A stretch of 64,000 nt of DNA, from assembly GCF_001194135.2 (NCBI RefSeq), contig NC_069000.1, positions 26,324,109-26,388,108 of the forward strand, written 5' to 3'. The notes below the pieces were generated by a model, which searched no databases, was not told the origin of the DNA, and worked only from the letters and a program-made list of their open reading frames with translations. Both the position numbers and the translations under genes were made by a program. This DNA comes from Octopus bimaculoides. Lineage: Eukaryota. Of the stretch, positions 49,331 through 63,170 are shown in pieces. Numbering within the stretch: the first letter of the stretch is position 1; every line of letters begins with the position of its first letter.

Positions 49331-49677
49331 ATGTATATATGACACCTATCTCACATCTACTGAAAAACCAATATGGAAGTTACATTGTGGTTTTCAGATT
49401 AAAAAGTTAATTCCTTTGACAATGAAACAAAATGAAATATCACTTAACTGTGTATATAGTATTTCAGGAAAATGTTATGTGCTTATTAGTTTTAGAATTC
49501 TTTTAAACATGAGGGGCACAGTAATCCACAATTCATTTTGTATTAGTTCAAACATAAAGGATGGTGGTATGGTTGATGGTAAATATCAGTATGGGGTGGG
49601 AAGAGAGTAAAATAAAAGTGGCTTGGGAAAAAGGTGATAAGTGGCAGTATAATAAACCTGTATTCAGGGAGGTGGTG

Positions 49678-49714
<37 letters not shown>

Positions 49715-51358
49715 GTACAGACAGAGATGGAAGTCAGAAGGGGTGATTGCAGTGGGAAGACCATCAACAGTAGATATGAGATTATGTTGAGAATGATAGT
49801 AGATAACAGGTATTAACCCTACCACGCTATGTTTCTAGTAAAGTGGGAAAAGCATAAATGTAATCTACCAAATTTCCATTAAAGTGGAAACCAATACACC
49901 TAAAAAAAGAAGATAAAATATTAAAAATAGACAGCCTGTCATGTTACAGCTTTGTAGTGAAGTGTGTTTATGACTCATTGTTGATAGTGTACCCCATAGC
50001 TACTGTTTTTGTTTTCAATCGGATGAAAAAAATAAATTCTTTTGCAATGAAATTAGCACGTGATAAACCCAGCACTTCATCTGGTAAACAAGCAACAAAG
50101 TCAGTAGGGTATTAAACTGTAGTTAGGCCTTTTTTCAATAAAAGTTAACGTTTAACAGATTAACTCTTACTTGTTTCAGTCATTAGACTATGGCCATGCT
50201 GGGGCACCACCTTGAATTTTTAGTCAAATGAATTAACCCCAGTACTTATTCTATCTTTTTTGCCAAACCACTAAGTTACTGGGATGCAGGCACACCAACA
50301 CCAGTTGTCAAGTGGTACAAGCACAGACACAATGACACATATGATGAACTTTTTCCAATTTCTGTCTACCAAATCCACTCGCAAAGCTTTGGTTGGCCTG
50401 AGGATATAGTAGAAGTCACTTGTCCAAGGTGCCATGCTGTGGGACTGAAAACGGAATCATGTGGTTGGGAAGCAAGCTTCTTACCACAGAGCCACACTTG
50501 CACCTTGAGGAAATTATTGATATTTATTCTTCAGATGAAAAGTTTACCCTTATGCAAACAATGAGTGATTTAGGCAATCAAACTGATGAAAGTGATGAAG
50601 AAAGTAGCGATCTGAGTGAACAAACAAGGTGATTGAGAGACAGGCCTATTACTATTATTCCGTTTATTAGTTTTCCTGCAATGATTACTCAAGTTGCGGA
50701 TAGAATTATTTACCTTTTTGTTCAGGAGCCCAGGTGGAGGGTAAAATTAGTCACAGGGGCCCAGGTCTGAGAGGGTTAAAGACAAAGCATAGTAGTTCTA
50801 TGTAGCTCAGAGGAGAGAAAGAGATAACTGGAAGTACAGAAAGAGATGATTGGTGGAAAATAAAATTGGAAGATATCATATTGAGAATGAGGGACAGATT
50901 TTAAAAGGAAGTGGTTCAAAGGAAAGGAGGCAGTAACTGGTTGCACAAAAAGGGTGAACTATGTGCAGATTCTACTCTCGTGATTACAGTAGCTGAATAA
51001 TACCAGTTAGAAGAGCAGAGAAACAGGTGTTAGAAAGATGAGAATTGGGGAAAGCTTAAAGGGATATAGATTGAGTGAATGGTCAGGCCCCAGAGAGTGT
51101 ACAGACAAAAACATAATGCTTTTAGGACCTCCGTATCGTCAAGATGGACAGGTCTTCTTGAGCACAGCAAATCACCAATCATCTTGGTCCTTTGTCATCT
51201 CCTCCATGAGGCTCAACAGCTTGAGATCAGCCTGTTTTGTCCCATGTATGTACAAATGGATAGATTCAAGATAAAACAAGGAAAGGCAGAAGGAGAGAAA
51301 AAAAGTCAGGTAGAAAGTCAAGAAAAGAAGAAAGAAAAATAAACATTACCAAACAATT

Positions 51359-51364
51359 TTTATT
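51359..51364 (-). terminator. Candidate NAA50 polyadenylation signal (AATAAA)
   Basis: Hexamer about 420 nt downstream of the NAA50 stop. Motif only. Confidence 0.35.
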
Positions 51365-51782
51365 CCCAGTCATCAACACCAAATCTATTAGAAAAAGTTC
51401 TTGGTAATTTTGGTATTTGACAGGATGTTGATTCAAATCAAACAAAATAAATTAAAACCACAAAAAAACAAAAAAAAAACAGAACAGAGGGATAGAAAGA
51501 GCAGACAAAAAAATTATTCCCTCAGGTTAATTGCAAAATGAAATAGAAATGTTGAATCTTCCCAGTCATAAAATAAATCGAGTCATGTAACTTTTAATAA
51601 ACTTTATATACATACATTATATGTGTGTGTGCAGGTATATCTATCTATATATACACACACATGCACATATATATTCTTCCAGGTCAGACAACTGCTTGTT
51701 TATGTACAAAAACATTGATCATCACATGGCCTGCTTTTTGAGGGAGGAGAAAAGATTTTGTTTTTCTTTCAAATTCTGAAAA

Positions 51783-51957
51783 TTATTTTTCAATACGGCG
51801 TAAAGCTTGTTGTTGTTTGGTTTTTGTAAAAGTTTTTTGTAGAACGTATGCATCTGCTGGTTCAATTCTTTTGTAGTAATTCTTCTTTTCTTCAACTATT
51901 TCAAATCCAAATTTTTCATAAAACTTTATTGCTCCAACATTGTTCACTTGGACATGC
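51783..51957 (-). CDS. NAA50: N-alpha-acetyltransferase 50, last coding exon
   Basis: TTGCAG|G CAT GTC CAA.. = [44 protein letters not shown]. Confidence 0.95.
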
Positions 51958-52371
51958 CTGCAAGCAACAGAAAGACACACACCAGAGGTAAGCTAGCTAC
52001 AAAGAAGGAAGTGGGGAGTAATTAAACACTTGAAATGAGTTAGTAATTTCCAGACTATTAACCTGCTCATTAGAACATATAGAGTAGTGATATTTATCTG
52101 CACTAGATTTCATTAAGTTTCATCTCAGATTGCCATCAGTTTCCTAGTTCAAATTCAGTTTGGAACAGTAGTCAGGAAAGAAGACATCAACCTGATAATG
52201 ACTGGATATCAAACCAACCAAAACATTACAAGAGTTCACACTCTAAAGATAAGATTGATAACCTGGCAAAGTATATCTTACTAAAGGTGGTATTGTAATT
52301 GAAAGAAAAAACAGTGGCAATGATAATAACTAGCTGGACTCATGAGAAATGTTTCTATATTGTGACAGTTA

Positions 52372-52590
52372 AAGGCGGCAAGCTGGAAGAATCGTTAGCA
52401 CGCCGGGCAAAATGCTTAGTGGCATTTCATGTCTTTACGTTCTGAGTTCAAATTCTGCCGCAGCCAACTTTGCCTTTCATCCTTTCAGGGTTGATAAATG
52501 AAGTAACAGTTGCACACTGGGGTCGATCTAAGTGACTGGGCCCTCTCCCACCCAAAATTTCAGGACTTGTGCCTATAGTAGAGAAGTATA
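52372..52590 (+). mobile_element. SINE family B, full length, intronic
   Basis: GGCGGCAAGCTGGAAGAATCGTTAGCACGCCGGGC..GTGCCTATAGTAGAGAAG. Confidence 0.8.
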
Positions 52591-54163
52591 TTGCGACAGT
52601 TACAGAATATAGAAAGGGTAAAACTGATAACTATATAATCCAACCAAAATATCTGTTACACAAATGTAAACAGAATTACTATTTAGCCTTAAGATACATC
52701 ATATATATTCAGAGAGCCCTCTCGGTTTAGTGATACAGAACGTTTTTCTTGTATTCTTTTGTTTCAGTCATTTGACAGTTGCCATGCTGGAGCACCACCC
52801 TTTAGTCGAAGAAATTGACCCCTGGACTTATTCCTTGTAAGCCTGGTGCTTATTCTATCTGTCTCTTCTGCTGAACAGCTAAGTTACAGGGATGCAAACA
52901 CACCAACATCGGTTGTCAAACAATGGTGGTGGTGGGGGGACAAACAGAGACAGTCATATATGTATGTGTGTGTCTTTTAGTTTTTGTTTACTTATGCACA
53001 TCAACAAATGAGCCAATTGAACAACTGTGTGGTTGTTCAATTTGCTAGAAACAACAGCCAAATCTCTCATACTATGCTCTTGATAGTATTAAGGAAAGGG
53101 AAAAATAGAATTAATATTTTTGATTTTGTTCAGCTCTATGAATTTAATTTTTTTTTTTTAATGCTTTCACCCATTACATGATACAAGAAACGAGAAAAAT
53201 CCAGACCAAAACAGAAATTGTAACTTAACAAAAATATAGAAAGAGAAAGAAAAGGTATTCGAAAGCCAAAAGTAGTTTTTTTATAATTAAAACAAATTCA
53301 AAATTTAAATTTTGGAACATAAGACTTAACATGTTATCTGAGGTATGGCCAAATTCAAACGAGTAGAAGACCTAAAACAAATGTGTGTGTGTGTGTGTGG
53401 TTGGGCCTTTAATAGCCAGGGGTCAATTTCAGTTCAATTGTAGAAAAGAATTCAGCCACTCCATCTCACTTCCTCTCTCCTTTGCACACACATCAAATTT
53501 TCCCATTAAGATTATTGTTGCTTCAGTAGACCAGTAAGCATGGGTGTTGAGAAGTAATAATACAACACATAGGTAGTGGTTTCAAATCTCTTCCAGAAAT
53601 TACAAGAGATCTTTAAGCGACAAAATTTTGTTCACCAATTTCTTTCTCTTAAGCATGACACACACATCAGGTACGTACAAAAAAGAATTGGCGTATTAAT
53701 GTTATTATATTGATGATTCACAGACAATATTAGAGAAGAACATTTTACAACAAAAGGCCTTGTGTATCAGATAAGCACAACTTCTCCAAATTTACCTAAA
53801 TATTACAGCTGCTTTTTCATGCTGGATGCCTTCCTTGTCATTAATCCTTTTAGTCACCTCTCATAACATCATGAACTTTATGGTAAAACCAAGATACACA
53901 CAAACATTACTTAATATCTATAAGGCAATTTTGTTTGCCTTATCTTGCTCCTTACATGGCAAATTACAACAGGTGTAAAAATCATCATTAAAAATACAAA
54001 CAATGGAACAAAGCTAACCAATGCAATGAAATTAAATTTAATTATATTTGAATGATAATTAAACCAAATTAGTTGACTATTGACTAGATCAGTCATACAA
54101 TGGCATTCCCTAGATTGCCTCAATAATATTGATGCTTTGATATAAAGCAAGAAAGATACTTAC

Positions 54164-54230
54164 AAGAAAACATTATCAAAGTTTCCATCTTCTTCACAGA
54201 TTTTTAAAACATGATTCAACATCACTGTGC
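54164..54230 (-). CDS. NAA50: NAA50 internal exon (67 nt)
   Basis: TTTTCAG|..GTVMLNHVLKICEEDGNFDNVFL..|GTAAGT; phases join both neighbours. Confidence 0.95.
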
Positions 54231-54926
54231 CTGAAAATGGAAGAAAAAGTTTGCAGCTAAAATGGTTTAAGGAAAAAAGTACATTTTCAAAATTTTATCT
54301 CTGAAATTGTATGTACTTGCTATTGATCATTTCTGATCACCACTGAATATCTATTCAACGTGTGGGAGAGGGAGGGTAGAAAGTTTAGAGAAATGCAAGA
54401 CATTAAAAGAAAAACCTTGAGGGCAGAAATGAAGAGTCTCAGACAATGTGGTAGCAGATAAAGTAACAAAATTTAGAAGAGGATGAAATAAAAATTTATT
54501 TAAGGGTTGCAGAGAAAACTAAGAACATAAACCTAAATAATCAAAGAGAGAAACAGGAGTTCAATTTTCTACACTATGAAACAATGTCATCAAAATATGT
54601 GCTTCATTAATAGAACATTATAACAAAAAATGTTGCTGTTAAAGGTTGCACATGGAAAGACTGGATACTAAATAGTCAATACAGAAAAGATGTTTTGAAT
54701 TAAGGGACTAGCTAATTCAGAAAAGTTAAGTTTGTTCAGAAGTAACAGATAGAATCTACAATGTTTTAGTCAGAGATAATATAAATAGTTCAGTAAAGCA
54801 TCTCTGGCTAATAACTGCAGAGAGAAAAAACAAAAGAGTAATCAAAACATCTGAGAGAGTTTACTTCAAAGAAACGGAGTTTAATGAAAGATACTCTAAC
54901 TCTTCAATATCACTGGCAATCCTTAA

Positions 54927-55810
54927 CCCTTTCGTTACTATATTTCTGACCAAAATACACCCCTCATGAGTTTCAATTAAATTCTAAAATAATCATGAAT
55001 TTAGACTAGTCTCATTAAACACCTGTAACTTTTTTATTTATCAACATATTAATGTGATATTTGGAACATAATTAAAGAAAGGGTTCTTAATCAATTCTAT
55101 TGCATAATTTTTGTCTGAAAGTACTCCACGTACTGGGGTACTGCTAGTGTCTCTCACATGTAAATATTGGTTCAGCTTCACGAATCGTACTCGTTCATAA
55201 TACTGGAAATATATTCATCGCCAAAAGGTTCCTGATCGCTCCAGTAATTTGTTATTCTAGGTAACTGTCTAATACCCATAATAATATTTATGGTAAAAAA
55301 TGCCCGTATTTCATCTACAGCTGCAGGAAACCACAAGCTATCTTTTTTTTCCGGTTTGTTTACATTCTGCGTAACGGTTTGTTTCCGCAGTAATCATTTC
55401 AAACAAGCATGATAAAGAAGTCTAACGGTTTCGCTTCCTGAGAAAGACTATGGGTAGACCCTGTTTCCTCAGAAAAATTGTTAATAAAAATATTTTAAAA
55501 ATCTTTTTCTGATGTAAAATCATCCTCGCTGTCGCCGTCGCTGCTTTCAGTTTCGGATACAGAGGTATCCGATTCATTATCGTTCACCATGTGCTTTTGT
55601 AGCTCATTCATTCTTTTCTTCGATATTTCCATATCTTCTGTTGAAAAACCTTCAAAGTTGTTTTGTTCCAATGAATAAACATTCACACATTCTTGTGATC
55701 AGAAAATTGATGATTAGTCACAATCAGTGCTGAACAAGTAAATCTGTAATACACAGTTGCTGAAAATAGGTACCATACCTACATTATGATAAAATGGTTA
55801 GAAAGGTTTT
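54927..55810 (-). mobile_element. piggyBac (PGBD4-like) remnant in NAA50 intron
   Basis: TTAA|CCCTTTCG terminus at 54923-54934. Acidic N-terminus, then FSEETGSTH..PLDFF..EIRAFF..MGI..LP..YWS. Far end uncertain. Confidence 0.75.
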
Positions 55811-56137
55811 TTTCAAGGTGTAAAATGACATTTCAGAATAATACATATCAAAATAGATTTAAAACAACAACAAACAAAACTATTGCATATATGCATATAA
55901 AATAAAACATTGTGAGTGCAGTAATTTACAGCCAAATAACATCCCAATACCACTCATCCAAAAAGTGAGAACAGCAACTATATTCGGATAGAATGAGTCA
56001 AAAGTTAGAAGACCACAAAACAGCCCAAGCATCAAGGTTTGAATACATTGCATCAGATAAACCACACCATGTTCTAGTGTAGTCTTAAGCCAATATTCTA
56101 ATTGAATGGTGTCCAGTAGAGTGTACAAACAACTTAC

Positions 56138-56257
56138 CGATTCCCAGCCGTCTGTAAGGAAATAAGCAGCCTAAAGTCATTATGTACAATCTGCGCTGTG
56201 TTGCAGAGTTATCCACTCGGCAACACACAGCACCAACGACAATGTCATTGAAATAGG
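56138..56257 (-). CDS. NAA50: NAA50 internal exon (120 nt)
   Basis: TTCCAG|..AYFNDIVVGAVCCRVDNSATQRRLYIMTLGCLFPYRRLGI..|GTAAGT; missed by the ORF track. Confidence 0.96.
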
Positions 56258-58837
56258 CTGGAAAAGAAGGAAGAAAAAAAAAATTACTTTAGCATTGAAT
56301 TACATCAATTGGCATAAATTATACAAGGCAAGTTTAAATATCAATATATAATCTATTATTAAGTGACAAAGCCTAGTGGATGGATACTGGATAATCAGTT
56401 TCACCCTCTTTGGTTCAAATTCACCATTAGGCAGTAAGCATATATCTAAGAAGAGGTAACCAATATTCAGGGAACATAACCTGCAATATTGGCCCCTTAG
56501 ATTCATTGTTCATTATTTCAATGATATCCACATAAAAAGCACCAAGTCCACTCTGCTGAGTGGTTAGTGTTAGGAAAGGCATCCAGCTGCAAAAATCCTG
56601 CCAAAACAATCACAGAAGTCTGGTGCAGGCTTCAGCCTGGCTGGCTCGTGGTACCGTCCCACCCATGCTACCATGGAGCATGGACACATGAATGATGATG
56701 ATGAATAGGTGGCAAGACAGCAGAACCATTAGAGCTTCAGAAAAATGCCTAATAGTATTTGTTCTGGTTCTTTACATTCTGAATTCAGGTCCTGCTATGA
56801 TCAACTTTGCCTTTCCTCCTTTCAGGATTGATAATATAAAGTACCAGTCAAGCACTGAAGCCAATAGTATCAACCTCTACCCTTCAAAATTGCTGGCCTT
56901 GTGCATAATCAGAAACCATTATATCAGTGATATAATGATTTATATAATGATAATGCAAATTCCTTACTAAGGAGGCACAAATGAAAAGTAAACAGTTGAA
57001 TCCACCCAATATATTTCTATAATCCCAAATGAATGAAGGTCAATACTGACCCTAGCAGTATTTGAATTTGCATAAAAAAGGAGTGAAACTAGATATTGTA
57101 AATTATTTAGTCAAACATAAGCTCCCTAACTCACAACCCACTGGAAATATTTTTTATGTAATATGATCAGGTTTTTTATGTTAGTGACACAACTGAATTG
57201 AAATGGCCACAAATAGAAGCCCTTTGAGGCTAAGAAGTTTGTATTGTAATATACACAATTCTTGGTTCAATTCCACTAAATAAGTTTCAATCAAAGCAAA
57301 ACAAAAATCACAGCACTGGCTTTTAAATTTATATCATACACTTGGTGGAGAGAAACTGTGCCGAATCCTACTGGATATCTCATCCAGTAAAGTGTCACAT
57401 AATGAGTAGTTCTCTCATAGGAAACAATAGAACAATTGAAACCAAGAATAAAAGAATTAAATCCAAACTGTGAACTTGCAGTACCCAATACTTTGCATCA
57501 TACTGGTATATACTTGGCTTTGGACAGATAAAAGGCCATGTTAAACTCAACAGTTACCAAACTATTTTGCACACGTGTATGTGCACATAGTTTATTTAGA
57601 GGGGCAGTGTTCTACATTTTTGCTTAAGGTTCTGAGACAGATGGAAAGTGATCCTCAGACTGGGGACTAGACCCATATGCTTGCACTGTTAAAATCATCC
57701 AAAGGCTAAATGGTGATTTTTAAGTTTACCTTTCCAAACAGGGATAGCCTATTTGGGGGGCTTCTCTACAGTTTTCATCTCTCAACTTTTGCTTAAAACT
57801 TTAGAGCAAGGTCCATACTCAGTAAGAAGGTCTTATCTCTCAAGTATCCTATTCAGATACTTTATACTGGTTCACTGTATTTTCAATCCCAAGAGTGATA
57901 TTGTTTGTACAACTCAAAGAAAAACAAACACCACAAAGTAATTTTTAAGATATACATACACACATAGATACAACTGGTTTCAGTATAGTACCCAGATATG
58001 AAATTCCACCTACAAGGCATTGATGGACATAAGGATATGAAAGAAAACACTTGCTCCAAAGTGCTGCTCAATGAGACCAAGCCTGGATTCATGGTTGTGA
58101 ATCAGTCATGCCTACACCTATTTTTTGTTAAGTAATAAACATTAAATATCACTGAAAACATTCTCAGACTGCTGATCATATTCTTTCTGCTCATTTTCAA
58201 TTGTTTAGTTTCTATTCAGAATCAAGTTGCAGTCAAAAAGTTTACTTTACCTAAACACATACACACACAAAAAAATGTTTCAACAACTTCTCTATCTTTT
58301 TCATCCTGGCATGGTTTAGATAAGATTTACTGAGACAGTATTCAACAACATGATACCCTCCATTACTGGAGATGTAAACATAAAATCAATATTGCCCAAA
58401 CATTGTCAGTGCTAAGACATGCAGGAAATAAATGTTCGTGCACACACAATGAGCCTTCACATGGTTTTTATCTACTAATTTCATTGTTTTTATCTACTAA
58501 TTTCAATCAGTAAACAAGTCAGCTCAAGCTATATAGAAGGCACTTTTCCAAGGTGTTACAAGGTGAAATCACATAGTTACAAAGTGAAGTTTGCAACCAC
58601 ACAACTATACCTACACCTAATAACTCTAAAGTAACCATTCAACTGTGAAATGGAAACTTTTGTAAATCAAGTTGAATGAAGTGATCAATCTAAATTAAGT
58701 GCCATGTCCAAAGGAATAAGAGAATGGAAAGTTTTTAAAGCACAAATAAGAGAGAGACTGTCCAATCCTTATCACAACTTTGACAAAGCCATGTGTATCG
58801 CTATTCATAAGAACACAAATTACAAGGAGAAACTCAC

Positions 58838-58974
58838 CAAGTTTTGCTAATTCACCCACTTCCAAGACATCTTTGTAGAATTTATCATTATATGTTACAG
58901 GAAAAACATACTGATTAAGGCGTTTCAGCTGCTTGATGTTATGGGCAGTAATGTCTCCTAACTCAATACGTCCC
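58838..58974 (-). CDS. NAA50: NAA50 second exon (137 nt)
   Basis: TTATAG|G GGA CGT.. = GRIELGDITAHNIKQLKRLNQYVFPVTYNDKFYKDVLEVGELAKL|GTGAGT. Confidence 0.96.
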
Positions 58975-59386
58975 CTATAATGAAAAAGAGAAAAACACAA
59001 GTCTCATTAGTTCCAGAGACTGAAAAACTTGAGAGAGAGAGAGAGAGAGAAGCTGACAATAACAGAAAAGCTAATTCATATCTACTTGTTTATCAGCGTA
59101 TGAATCTGATTTTATGCACAAAAATTTAAAATAACCCAATACGTGTATATGGAGGAATCATGTAAAATTTATTGTTTGTATGGTTTGCACACTTTCTTTA
59201 CATTCTGTAGCCATACTTACACTGCATGCTTAAAATACTTTATGTCTGGAATTAGCAGCATTAATACATAACATGCACTAAAGCAATTTCCCACTGAGGA
59301 TCAAGAAGTGTCTAGTATTTTATTAAAACCAAATCAGTAACACAAAGCATTACTTTTCATTTTTCCCTCTAGGTCATATTAATACA

Positions 59387-59850
59387 CAGTACCGTGCAAA
59401 AGTCTTTGACCACTTTAAACTATTGTAAATTTCTACTAATTGCCAACTTATAAGTGGATGTTCCGCATTGCGGTAACACCTTCATCAAGAGAGTCTGGCT
59501 GATGAAGGTGTTACTGTATTGAAAGACTGGCCAGCTCAGAGACCTGACTTCAAGCAAATATGGATAGAACTAACGAGAAGAGTTTGTCAGAAGAACCCAC
59601 ATGATCTTGAAGAGTTGTGGGAGCTAGCCACAGAGAATGGCATCTCATACAAGTGAAGATGGTGAAGGATTTGTACTGCATCTCTTCCCAAATACATTGA
59701 AACAGTTATTCAAGCAAGGGAAGCCACACAAAATATTAACAATGTACAGGAACTTCTTGAAATGAACATTATGTAATAAATTTTCATTACAGATATTTTT
59801 GTTTTAAAACACTGGTTTATGTCAGGTGGCTGAAAACTTTTGCACAGCCA
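59387..59850 (+). mobile_element. Internally deleted Tc1-like element
   Basis: TIR-like CAGTACCGTGCAAAAGTCTTTGACCA / TGGCTGAAAACTTTTGCACAGCCA; internal DWPAQRPD..EELWE..IQARxSHTKY*. Confidence 0.8.
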
Positions 59851-62119
59851 TTTTTGGTGATCGTTTCTCATTCAGAACCCCTACTACAAAATATAATGAT
59901 TAGGTATGGAAATGACTCCAACAGGGCCAATGTTTCATCTGTAAAAAAACACAATACAAAACATCCACTTATAAGTTGGCAATTAGTAGAAATTTACAAT
60001 AATTTAAAGAGGCCGAATACTTTTGCATGGTACTCTATTAAACATAAATTCTGGCATATTTTGCCATAGATCAGAGGTACTCAACCATTTTTGTTTCGCA
60101 GTACACCAGTTACATATTTTATTTTTGAATTGTCGTACATGACAGAACTTCATTTTAAGACCGTGTGCTGGAAAGTAACCTTTTCCAATTATAAGCATTG
60201 TCATACCAACTTGAAGGGCATATAAAATTCTTACAATCTCTCATAATTCTTTCATCTATATCTATTGACATCCCAATATAGCTACATATTGCATCATTCA
60301 GAGTTGCATCTCATCAATTTCATTGGCCACCTCATTCTCAAATATAACTTGCAGTATATCTTTACAAAACAGGCTTGATTAACTTAATGATGTGATCCCC
60401 ATTTGCAATGTTCTGAAGCAACAAAATTTGCTACTAGAGCCCTTTCTAAACCCTTGCTTTCCTTAATTTAAATAGAACACTTGCTTTTTAAGATTAAGAT
60501 CCATGAGCCCCTTCACGTAATCAACAGGCTTTTCCACCAAATGAGAGTAACTAGTTTTCAGAAACTTATGTGCATTTTTCCAAGCTCTTGGTACCATTAA
60601 GCTTGGCTGACATTATGTTATTCTCATTCATTCAGTCACAAGAATCATTTATTGATGTATACGGTCTGAAAATACTGAATTTTTATTGTCACCAGTGAAT
60701 CACAAGTTCTTTACACCAAATTTATCTATTCTGGCTGAACTTCAATCCAAAGTGCAAAGATTTAACTGTTTAAAAATGCGAATTGAATTACAAGAGAACT
60801 AACTTTTGGATTCTTTTAATCACTATCATCCTCAATTTAACATCCATTTCTCCATGCTTGCATGGGTTTGACAGAGACAAATTTTCTATGGTTGGATGCC
60901 TTTTCTGTTCCCAACCTTCAGTTTTCAAATAAGGAAAAATTTATCCATGGCCAGACATGTTTTCTTGTAAGACTGGAAATGAAGATCATCACTTATATGA
61001 TGGTGACATTCATTTACAACTATCACATGATGTCAAGACAAGGAGACACAGACGTACAATGAACTTCTTTCAGTTTTTGTCTAGCACATTCACTCACAAG
61101 CTTTGGTGAGCCCAAAGCTATAGTTGAAGATACTTGCCCAAGGTGCCATGCTAAAGTCAAAATCATATAGTTGAGAAGCAAACTTCTTAACCACACAGCC
61201 ATGCCCTATGCCTTTAGAGTTACAAAAAAAAGGGACGGGTATTTCTGGCACCCCTAGACAATTCCCAACACTTCAGTTGAGGTTTACCTGTCTGAGGTAA
61301 ACCTAAGTTAAATCTGGAGTAGACAAACCTATGTCGAATACATTCAGTCCACCATTATAAATACATACAAGACATATAAATCAATGTGGGAGATTCCATG
61401 TGGCTGCTCAACGAGATAGAAATACTAGCCAAAACCCTTAAATCACCGCCTACCATTGAGAAAAAAAAAAGAAAAACAAAAGGACCTTACATAATGCAAT
61501 CCTCAAATAAGACAAGTCAGATGGCTAGAATGTTTTCACCATAGGCTTGCTTGATCAAAGTTGGCCTACAATTACACAACATTCTGGATAGTCTATATAC
61601 TATAAAGTAACAAAATCATATATTGTACACTCCAAGTCCTTTATATTATGCTTATATTTCTAAACCTAATATACAACACAAACTTTCTTTTTCATTTCCT
61701 TCATCTTCCTGCCCACTTACGATGCTCAGCTATTCAAATTCATAAGACTACTCAAGTGAAGACCAGGTATTCAGAGAAACTAAAATATCCTTAATTACTT
61801 TCAACTGTTCTATAAACTGTTTTGCTTAATGCCTACTCTACCCCTCCCATTATGTTCCTATTTACTCACTAACTATTCTTGACCATTTGAATTTTGTCCA
61901 CTGTATAAAGCCATGAGCATTGACTTCCTTGTAATGTAGTTCCAACCAAATACCAGAAATCTATCTTGATTCACTCCCCTGGTAAATAACATGGCTTCAA
62001 CTTCCCCTCTGAGTCTACCATTATATTCTTCTGTATTATACACACATCTTGTATTTGACACTGCTACCACTCCCATATCAGGTAACTGAGACTACATACC
62101 CAAATATAATAATAATAAC

Positions 62120-63170
62120 ACCCTGCTCAGAAGAAACTGTGGTCTGATACAGACAGAAAACTATTATAAAATAACAGTTCGACTAGAAAAGTACTTAGGA
62201 ACAAAAAGTGGAAAACTACTAGATGTAATAAAGCAACACAAGAAAACCCATCTTACTATATACAAGGAGGCGACAAAATACAAAACAGAAACAAGCTACA
62301 CTGATACACTGACCTCAGATGACAACATAGCAGAAATGGTCAAAGAGGCTAAAAGCAACATGAAAACAGACCTACAAAACATACTAAAGAAGTGGAGAGA
62401 AAAACCACTCCATGGCCAATACCCTGCAAGGCTTGACAGAGAAGAAGTGAGCCTAAGTAAAAGCCAGCAATGGCTCAAAAACACTGGACTAAAAGCTGAA
62501 AGGAATGACTGATTTTCACTGACTACAAACTATAAAAGCAAAACAATGAAAACAGGCCCTAACATCAAATGCAGAATGTGCAACCAGCACAATGAGACAG
62601 TTGACCACATCATCTATGGCTGTCCAGTCCTTGCCTAATCTGAATATATATATAGACACAACCAAGTAGTTATATCCATTGGACAATATGCCAACATTAC
62701 AACATAGAAACCCGACAATAATGGTATAAATATATGCCAAACAAGGTACAAGACAAAACCTGGCCACAATCATCTGGGATATGCCTGTTCAAACTAACAA
62801 AGAAATAAAAGCTAATCACCCAGACATAATAATCAAGAATTGGAAAAGAAACACCTGCTTATTGATAGACATTACAGTCCCTTCTGACCAAAATATTGTC
62901 CAAAAAGAAGTGGGGAAATTGTCAAAGTACAAAAGACCTTGAAATTGAAGTATTCAAGATGTGGGGCATGAAGTTGAAAACGATACCAGTAATAATTGGA
63001 GCATTGAGCATGTTAAAAAAAACATATGAACAAAAATGTAGAAGCTGTACCTGGATTATCAACACTACACACTATTCAAAAAATAGCTCTGCTAGGAACA
63101 GCCTACATCTTATGCAAGATGCTATCAATTCAATAATATAACCCAAACAAAACAATCCACAAACACAAGA
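62120..63170 (+). mobile_element. R4/Dong-like non-LTR retrotransposon 3' fragment (CCHC plus restriction-like endonuclease)
   Basis: KWREKPLHGQY, CRMCNQHNETVDHII.GCP and IWDMPVQT..KANHPDIII..CLLIDITVP..KLSKYKDLEIE..PVIIGAL. Confidence 0.85.

Noticed and set aside
49813-50778. piggyBac MITE bounded by TTAACCCT / AGGGTTAA
   Set aside because: TIR match limited to 4 bp beyond TTAA; insufficient.
59215-59227. ATGCAGT|GTAAGT as NAA50 first exon
   Set aside because: 7 nt (phase 1) is out of frame with the phase-2 acceptor at 58974; could at most be a non-coding alternative exon end.
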